A stretch of DNA of 64,000 bases from the human T2T-CHM13v2.0 reference genome, Homo sapiens: the NCBI GenBank assembly GCA_009914755.4, contig CP086569.2, forward strand, positions 55,168,001 through 55,232,000, in the 5' to 3' direction. How positions within the stretch are numbered: the stretch's first letter is position 1; every line of letters begins with the position of its first letter. Under the pieces are notes generated by a model. That model worked only from the letters and a program-made list of their open reading frames with translations, was not told the DNA's origin and made no database searches. This document shows, in pieces, positions 55,190 through 64,000 of this stretch. The translations under genes were made by a program, and so were the position numbers.

Positions 55190-58100
55190 AATGGAACTTT
55201 CTTGAATGGACTGGAATCAAACGGAATGGAATGCAATGCAATCAAATGGCATGGAATAAAATAGAATGAAAGAGAATCAAATGGAATTGAATCGAATGGA
55301 ATCGAATGGATTGGAAAGGAATAGAATGGAATGGAATGGAATGGACTCAAATGGAATGGACTAGAATGGAATGGATTCGAATGGAAGGCAAAGGAATGGA
55401 ATCTATTGGAATGGACTGTAATGGAATGGAATGGAAGGGATTGGAATGGACTCGAATGGAATGGACTGCAATAGAAAGGATTCGAATGGAATGAAAAAGA
55501 ATTGAATGGAATAGAACAGAATGGAATCAAATCGAATGAAATGGAATGGAATAGAAAGGAATGGAATGAAATGGAATGGAAAGGATTCGAATGGAATGCA
55601 ATCGAATGGAATGGAATCGAACGGAATGGAATAAAATGGAAGAAAACTGGCAAGAAATGGAATCGAAATGAATGGAGTGTTATGGAACGGACTCAAAAGG
55701 AATTGAATGTAATAGAATGGAGTGGAGTGGACTCGAATATAATGGACTGGAATGGAATGAAATCACATGGAATGGGAACGAATGGAATGGAATGGAAAGG
55801 AATGGAATCGAATGGAAAGGAATCGAATGGAAGGGAATGAAATTGAATCAACAGGAATGGAAGGGAATAGAATAGACGGTAATGGAATGGACTCGAATAG
55901 AATGGACACGAATGCTCAAATTGAATGGACTCGAATGGAATGGAAACGAAAGGAATGTCATCGAATGGAATTGAATCGATTGGAATGAAATCGCATAGAA
56001 TGGAGTGGAATCAAATGGAATTGAATCGAAAGGAAAGGAAGCGAATGGACTGAAATGAAATGGAATGGAATTGAATGGAAAGTAATGCAATGGAATAGAA
56101 TGGAACGAAATTTCACGGAATGGAATCAAACTGAATGGAATCAAATCAATGGAATCAAATCAAATGGAATGGAAAGGAATTGAATGGAGTAGATTGGATT
56201 GGATGGGATTGGAATGAAATGTACTGGAAAGGACTCGAATTTCATGAAACGGAATGGAATGAATTGGAACGGAATGGACTCGAATGGAATGGAATGTCAT
56301 GGAATGGCATCAAATGGAATGGCATCAAATGGAATGGAATCGAATGCAATGGAATGCTATGGAATGGAATGGAATGCATTGGAATGGAATGTCCTCTAAT
56401 GGAATGGATTCGAGTGGAATGGAATCGAATATAATGGAGTCGAATGAAATGGAATTGAAAGGAATGGGATCGAATACAATGGAATATACTGGAATGTAAT
56501 GTAATGAACTCGAATGTAATTGACTGGAATGGAATGTACATGAATGGAATGTAATCGAATGGAAAGTAATCCAATGGAATAGAATCTAATGCAATAAAAT
56601 CGACTCAGATAGAGTAGAATGTAATGGAATGGAGTGCAGTGCAATGGAATGGAATGGAATGGAATGCAATTGAACGGAATGGAATGGAATGGAATGGAAT
56701 GGAATGGGATGGAATGGTATGGAATGGATAGTAATGGACTGGAGTGAAATGGACTGGAAAGGAATGGACTCAAATTGAAAGGGCTCGAAAGGAATGGAGT
56801 CAAATGGAATGGTCTGGAATGGAATGAACACGAATGTAATGCAATCCAATAGAATGGAATCGAATGGCATGGAATATAAAGAAATGGAATCGGAGAGAAT
56901 GGAAACAAATGGAATGGAATTGAATGGAATGGAATTGAATGGAATGGGAACGAATGGAGTGAAATTGTATGCAGTAGAAGGGAATAGAATGGAATGCAAG
57001 CGAAAGGAAAGGAATGGATTGGAATGGAATGGAATTCATTGGAATGGAAGGGAATGTAGTGTAATGGACAGGCCTGGAATAAAGTGGAATGCTACGGTCT
57101 CGAATGGAATAAAAATGTATGGAATGGAATGCAATGAAATGGAATCGAATGTCATAGAATGTAATGGAATGCAACAAAATGGAATCCAAAATCATTGACT
57201 GGAAAGGCTGGGTGTCGAAAGGAATTGACTCCAATGGAATGGAATCGAATGGAATGGAAGTGAATAGAATCGAACTAAATCGAATGGAATGGAATTGATA
57301 GGAACGGAATGGAAAGGAATGCAATGATTTGGCATGGAATGGAATCGAATGGCATCGAATGGAATGGAATGGAATGCAATGGAATGGAATGTATTAGAAT
57401 GTAATGAACTTTAATGGAATGTACTCGAATGGATTCGACTGGAATGGAATGTTCTGGAAGTGAATGGACTCCAATGGAATAGATTCCAAAGGAATGGAAT
57501 CGTACGGAATGGAATCTAATGGAATGGAATTAAATGGAAATGAATCAAATTGAATAGCACGGAATTGAATTGAATGGAATGGAATGCAATGGAATCTAAT
57601 GAAACGGAATGGAAAGGAATGGAATGGAATGGAATGGGCTGGAATGGAAAGGAATCGAAACGAATGGAATGGAATCGAACTGAAGAGACTGGAATGGAAT
57701 GCACTGGAATGGAAGGGAGTGTAATGGAAGGTTCTCGAAAAAAATGGAATCGAATGGAATGGAATTGAATGGAACGGAATAGAGTCGAATGGAATTGAAT
57801 GGAATGGAATGGACTAGAGTGATATGGAATCGAACCACAAGGAATGGAGAGGAATAGAATGGTCTCGAATTGAATGGAATCGTATGGAGTGGCATCAAAC
57901 GGAATGGAATGGACAGCCACGGAATGGAATGCACTCGAATGCAATGGAGTCGAAACTAATGGACTGGAATAGAATGGACTCGACTGGTACGGACTCCAAT
58001 GGAATGGAATCGAATGGAAGGGAATCGAACGGAATGGACTCGAAGGGAAAAGACTGCAATGGAAAGGTCTCGAATGGAATGGAAATTAATGGAATGGAAT

Positions 58101-58748
58101 GGAATCGAATGAAATGGAGTCAAAAGGAATGGAATCGAATGGCAACAAATCGAATGTAATGGAATCGCAAGGAATTGACGTGAAAGGAACGGAATGGAAT
58201 GGAATCCAAAGGAATGGAATAGAATGGAATGGAATCGAATGGAAAGGACTCGAATGGAAATCACTCGAATAGAATGCAATTTAATAAAATAGGATCAAAT
58301 GTAATGGAATGGAATGGAAAGGAATCGAAACGAAAGGAATGGAGACAGATGGAATGGAATGGAACAGAGAGCAATGGTATAGAATGGAATGGAATCATCT
58401 GGAATGGAATTGAATGGAATGGAATAATATGAAATGGAATGGAATGGAATGGAATGGAATGCCCTTGAATTAAATGGACTGGAATGGAATGGACTCGAAC
58501 AGAGTGGAATGGAAAGTGTTGAGATAGAATGGAATGGACTCCTTTGGAATGGTGTAGTATGCAATGCAATCGACTGGCAGGGAATCAAAAGGAATGTAAT
58601 GGAATGGACTGGACTGGAATGCAATGGACTCGAATAGATTGGAAACGGAATGCAAAGAAATGGAATGGAATAGTATGGAATGGAATGGAAAGGAATGGAG
58701 TGGAATAGACTAGAGTGGAATGGAATGGACTGGAAAGCAATGGACTGG
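55190..58748 (+). repeat. HSat3 HOR unit 17 (3559 bp)
   Basis: Anchor at 55190 and 58749. Confidence 0.9.
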
Positions 58749-61700
58749 AATGGAACTTTCTTGAATGGACTGGAATCAAACGGAATGGAATGCAATGCAA
58801 TCAAATGGCATGGAATAAAATAGAATGAAAGAGAATCAAATGGAATTGAATCGAATGGAATCGAATGGATTGGAAAGGAATAGAATGGAATGGAATGGAA
58901 TGGACTCAAATGGAATGGACTAGAATGGAATGGATTCGAATGGAAGGCAAAGGAATGGAATCTACTGGAATGGACTGTAATGGAATGGAATGGAAGGGAT
59001 TGGAATGGACTCGAATGGAATGGACTGCAATAGAAAGGATTCGAATGGAATGAAAAAGAATTGAATGGAATAGAACAGAATGGAATCAAATCGAATGAAA
59101 TGGAATGGAATAGAAAGGAATGGAATGAAATGGAATGGAAAGGATTCGAATGGAATGCAATCGAATGGAATGGAATCGAACGGAATGGAATAAAATGGAA
59201 GAAAACTGGCAAGAAATGGAATCGAAATGAATGGAGTGTTATGGAACGGACTCAAAAGGAATTGAATGTAATAGAATGGAGTGGAGTGGACTCGAATATA
59301 ATGGACTGGAATGGAATGAAATCACATGGAATGGGAACGAATGGAATGGAATGGAAAGGAATGGAATCGAATGGAAAGGAATCGAATGGAAGGGAATGAA
59401 ATTGAATCAACAGGAATGGAAGGGAATAGAATAGACGGTAATGGAATGGACTCGAATAGAATGGACACGAATGCTCAAATTAAATGGACTCGAATGGAAT
59501 GGAAACGAAAGGAATGTCATCGAATGGAATTGAATCGATTGGAATGAAATCGCATAGAATGGAGTGGAATCAAATGGAATTGAATCGAAAGGAAAGGAAG
59601 CGAATGGACTGAAATGAAATGGAATGGAATTGAATGGAAAGTAATGCAATGGAATAGAATGGAACGAAATTTCACGGAATGGAATCAAACTGAATGGAAT
59701 CAAATCAATGGAATCAAATCAAATGGAATGGAAAGGAATTGAATGGAGTAGATTGGATTGGATGGGATTGGAATGAAATGTACTGGAAAGGACTCGAATT
59801 TCATGAAACGGAATGGAATGAATTGGAACGGAATGGACTCGAATGGAATGGAATGTCATGGAATGGCATCAAATGGAATGGCATCAAATGGAATGGAATC
59901 GAATGCAATGGAATGCTATGGAATGGAATGGAATGCATTGGAATGGAATGTCCTCTAATGGAATGGATTCGAGTGGAATGGAATCGAATATAATGGAGTC
60001 GAATGAAATGGAATTGAAAGGAATGGGATCGAATAGAATGGAATATACTGGAATGTAATGTAATGAACTCGAATGTAATTGACTGGAATGGAATGTACAT
60101 GAATGGAATGTAATCGAATGGAAAGTAATCCAATGGAATAGAATCTAATGCAATAAAACCGACTCAGATAGAGTAGAATGTAATGGAATGGAGTGCAGTG
60201 CAATGGAAGGGAATGGAGTTGAATGCAATGGAATGGAATGGAATGGAATGGAATGGAATGGAATGGGATGGAATGGTATGGAATGGATAGTAATGGACTG
60301 GAGTGAAATGGACTGGAAAGGAATGGACTCAAATTGAAAGGGCTCGAAAGGAATGGAGTCAAATGGAATGGTCTGGAATGGAATGAACACGAATGTAATG
60401 CAATCCAATAGAATGGAATCGAATGGCATGGAATATAAAGAAATGGAATCGAAGAGAATGGAAACAAATGGAATGGAATTGAATGGAATGGAATTGAATG
60501 GAATGGGAACGAATGGAGTGAAATTGTATGCAGTAGAAGGGAATAGAATGGAATGCAAGCGAAAGGAAAGGAATGGATTGGAATGGAATGGAATTCATTG
60601 GAATGGAAGGGAATGTAGTGTAATGGACAGGCCTGGAATAAAGTGGAATGCTACGGTCTCGAATGGAATAAAAATGTATGGAATGGAATGCAATGAAACG
60701 GAATCGAATGTCATAGAATGTAATGGAATGCAAAAAAATGGAATCCAAAATCATTGACTGGAAAGGCTGGGTGTCGAAAGGAATTGACTCCAATGGAATG
60801 GAATCGAATGGAATGGAAGTGAATAGAATCGAACTAAATCGAATGGAATGGAATTGATAGGAACGGAATGGAAAGGAATGCAATGATTTGGCATGGAATG
60901 GAATCGAATGGCATCGAATGGAATGGAATGGAATGCAATGGAATGGAATGTATTAGAATGTAATGAACTTTAATGGAATGTACTCGAATGGATTCGACTG
61001 GAATGGAATGTTCTGGAAGTGAATGGACTCCAATGGAATGGATTCAAAAGGAATGGAATCGTACGGAATGGAATCTAATGGAATGGAATTAAATGGAAAT
61101 GAATCAAATTGAATAGCACGGAATTGAATTGAATGGAATGGAATGCAATGGAATCTAATGAAACGGAAAGGAAAGGAATGGAATGGAATGGAATGGACTG
61201 GAATGGAAAGGAATCGAAACGAATGGAATGGAATCGAACTGAAGAGACTGGAATGGAATGCACTGGAATGGAAGGGAGTGTAATGGAAGGTTCTCGAAAA
61301 AAATGGAATCGAATGGAATGGAATTAAATGGAACGGAATAGAGTCGAATGGAATTGAATGGAATGGAATGGACTAGAGTGAAATGGAATCGAACCACAAG
61401 GAATGGACATGAATAGAATGGAATCGAATTGAATGGAATCGTATGGAATGGCATCAAACGGAATGGAATGGACAGCCACGGAATGGAATGCACTCGAATG
61501 CAATGGAGTCGAAACTAATGGACTGGAATAGAATGGACTCGACTGGTACGGACTCCAATGGAATGGAATCGAATGGAAGGGAATCGAACGGAATGGACTC
61601 GAAGGGAAAAGACTGCAATGGAAAGGTCTCGAATGGAATGGAAATTAATGGAATGGAATGGAATCGAATGAAATGGAGTCAAAAGGAATGGAATCGTATG

Positions 61701-62307
61701 GCAAGAAATCGAATGTAATGGAATCACAAGGAATTGATGTGAACGGAACGGAATGGAATGGAATCCAAAGGAATGGAATAGAATGGAATGGAATCGAATG
61801 GAAAGGACTCGAATGGAAATCACTCGAATAGAATGCAATTTAATAAAATAGGATCAAATGTAATGGAATGGAATGGAAAGGAATCGAAACGAAAGGAATG
61901 GAGACAGATGGAATGGAATAGAACAGAGAGCAATGGTATGGAATGGAATGGAATCATCTAGAATGGAACTGAATGGAATGGAATAATATGAAATGGAATG
62001 GAATGGAATGGAATGGAATGCCCTTGAATTAAATGGACTGGAATGGAATGGACTCGAACAGAGTGGAATGGAAAGTGTTGAGATAGAATGGAATGGACTC
62101 CTTTGGAATGGTCTAGTATGCAATGCAATCGACTGGCAGGGAATCAAAAGGAATGTAATGGAATGGACTGGACTGGAATGCAATGGACTCGAATAGATTG
62201 GAAACGGAATGCAAAGAAATGGAATGGAATAGTATGGAATGGAATGGAAAGGAATGGAGTGGAATAGACTAGAGTGGAATGGAATGGACTGGAAAGCAAT
62301 GGACTGG
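58749..62307 (+). repeat. HSat3 HOR unit 18 (3559 bp)
   Basis: Anchor at 58749 and 62308. Confidence 0.9.
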
Positions 62308-64000
62308 AATGGAACTTTCTTGAATGGACTGGAATCAAACGGAATGGAATGCAATGCAATCAAATGGCATGGAATAAAATAGAATGAAAGAGAATCAAAT
62401 GGAATTGAATCGAATGGAATCGAATGGATTGGAAAGGAATAGAATGGAATGGAATGGAATTGACTCAAATGGAATGGACTAGAATGGAATGGATTCGAAT
62501 GGAAGGCAAAGGAATGGAATCTATTGGAATGGACTGTAATGGAATGGAATGGAAGGGATTGGAATGGACTCGAATGGAATGGACTGCAATAGAAAGGATT
62601 CGAATGGAATGAAAAAGAATTGAATGGAATAGAACAGAATGGAATCAAATCGAATGAAATGGAATGGAATAGAAAGGAATGGAATGAAATGGAATGGAAA
62701 GGATTCGAATGGAATGCAATCGAATGGAATGGAATCGAACGGAATGGAATAAAATGGAAGAAAACTGGCAAGAAATGGAATCGAAATGAATGGAGTGTTA
62801 TGGAACGGACTCAAAAGGAATTGAATGTAATAGAATGGAGTGGAGTGGACTCGAATATAATGGACTGGAATGGAATGAAATCACATGGAATGGGAACGAA
62901 TGGAATGGAATGGAAAGGAATGGAATGGAATGGAAAGGAATCGAATGGAAGGGAATGAAATTGAATCAACAGGAATGGAAGGGAATAGAATAGACGGTAA
63001 TGGAATGGACTCGAATAGAATGGACACGAATGCTCAAATTGAATGGACTCGAATGGAATGGAAACGAAAGGAATGTCATCGAATGGAATTGAATCGATTG
63101 GAATGAAATCGCATAGAATGGAGTGGAATCAAATGGAATTGAATCGAAAGGAAAGGAAGCGAATGGACTGAAATGAAATGGAATGGAATTGAATGGAAAG
63201 TAATGCAATGGAATAGAATGGAACGAAATTTCACGGAATGGAATCAAACTGAATGGAATCAAATCAATGGAATCAAATCAAATGGAATGGAAAGGAATTG
63301 AATGGAGTAGATTGGATTGGATGGGATTGGAATGAAATGTACTGGAAAGGACTCGAATTTCATGAAACGGAATGGAATGAATTGGAACGGAATGGACTCG
63401 AATGGAATGGAATGTCATGGAATGGCATCAAATGGAATGGCATCAAATGGAATAGAATCGAATGCAATGGAATGCTATGGAATGGAATGGAATGCATTGG
63501 AATGGAATGTCCTCTAATGGAATGGATTCGAGTGGAATGGAATCGAATATAATGGAGTCGAATGAAATGGAATTGAAAGGAATGGGATCGAATACAATGG
63601 AATATACTGGAATGTAACGTAATGAACTCGAATGTAATTGACTCGAATGGAATGTACATGAATGGAATGTAATCGAATGGAAAGTAATCCAATGGAATAG
63701 AATCTAATGCAATAAAATCGACTCAGATAGAGTAGAATGTAATGGAATGGAGTGCAGTGCAATGGAATGGAATGGAATGGAATGCAATTGAATGGAATGG
63801 AATGGAATGGAATGGAATGGAATGGGATGGAATGGTATGGAATGGATAGTAATGGACTGGAGTGAAATGGACTGGAAAGGAATGGACTCAAATTGAAAGG
63901 GCTCAAAAGGAATGGAGTCAAATGGAATGGTCTGGAATGGAATGAACACGAATGTAATGCAATCCAAAAGAATGGAATCGAATGGCATGGAATATAAAGA
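62308..64000 (+). repeat. HSat3 HOR unit 19 (partial, cut by the window end)
   Basis: Anchor at 62308. The window ends 1693 bp into the unit. Confidence 0.9.

Larger units (their letters stand above)
1..64000 (+). repeat. Satellite III (HSat3) (GGAAT)n tandem array organised into ~3.57-kb higher-order repeats. Likely human, DYZ1-like. No interruptions by other sequence classes.
   Basis: The sequence is built almost entirely of GGAAT pentamers and single-base variants (GGAAC, GGAGT, GCAAT, CGAAT, GGACT). The + strand is strongly purine-rich with very few C. A periodicity of ~3579 bp is visible from the exact recurrence of a 35-bp anchor and of identical ORF-track translations at fixed offsets. 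Confidence 0.95.

Noticed and set aside
1-64000. Hundreds of ORFs of 60-318 aa on both strands in the six-frame track, for example 3126-4043 (305 aa) and 54697-55653 (318 aa)
   Set aside because: All of them are periodic low-complexity translations of the pentamer. The + strand gives MEWNGMEWNG… from atggaatggaatgg, and the - strand gives IPFHSIPFHS… from ccattccattcc. They overlap one another in all frames and on both strands, and they recur every 3.57 kb with the repeat. Their lengths are set only by where chance stops fall. There is no start or ribosome-binding-site context, and the sequence is eukaryotic satellite. Nothing here is a real CDS.
1-64000. Could the regular repeats be a CRISPR array or another prokaryotic repeat system?
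   Set aside because: There is no repeat-spacer architecture. The basic period is 5 bp, with a 3.57-kb higher-order period. There are no unique spacers, no leader and no cas genes. The composition and organisation are those of primate satellite III.
1-64000. HSat2 rather than HSat3
   Set aside because: HSat2 is built from a more diverged 23-26-bp unit of the ATTCCATTCG type, with frequent CATTCGATTCC motifs and only short GGAAT runs. This window instead shows long pure (GGAAT)n runs and a pentamer-dominated composition, which points to HSat3.
1-64000. Alpha satellite or CENP-B boxes, i.e. a functional centromere core
   Set aside because: No 171-bp periodicity and no CENP-B box (TTCGTTGGAAACGGGA-like) motif is seen. 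The ttggaaacgga-like strings that do occur (for example 3468-3480) are single-base variants of pentamer sequence, not the 17-bp box in an alphoid context.
1-64000. The 21.4-kb repetition as an assembly artefact such as a duplicated contig end
   Set aside because: This cannot be excluded from sequence alone. However, the two copies differ by scattered substitutions and a 5-bp indel, and the second copy lacks one unit. That argues for a genuine, slightly diverged duplication rather than an exact artefactual copy. The ambiguity is noted in the corresponding finding.

Overview
The whole 64-kb window is one tandem satellite array and contains no genes. It consists of diverged GGAAT (complement ATTCC) pentamers, which is the signature of human/primate satellite III (HSat3), organised head-to-tail into a ~3.57-kb higher-order repeat (HOR). 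Using a recurring anchor motif (aatggaactttcttgaatggactggaatcaaacgg) I delimit 17 full HOR units, one internally truncated unit and one partial unit, all in the same orientation. The + strand is the purine-rich GGAAT strand. The unit length and pentamer composition fit the 3.56-kb DYZ1 family of Yq12 best, though other HSat3 arrays cannot be excluded without a database search. I found no protein-coding genes, RNA genes, transposon insertions, CRISPR arrays or prokaryote-style regulatory elements. Every ORF in the six-frame track is a low-complexity translation artefact of the pentamer (ATGGAATGGAATGG gives MEWNG...; the opposite strand gives IPFHS...). The structure worth a second look lies in the array dynamics. 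(1) There is a 21,389-bp super-periodicity: units 1-4 recur as units 7-10 at an exactly constant offset and >99% identity, and unit 5 recurs as unit 11 at offset 21,394. (2) Unit 12 carries a 1,915-bp internal deletion whose junction sits on a 19-bp microhomology. (3) A near-identical tandem duplicate spans about 42.3-49.3 kb. (4) Every inter-unit length difference is an exact multiple of 5 bp, so indels stay in pentamer register. I see no evidence for a novel biological system such as a defence island or operon, and I say so plainly.
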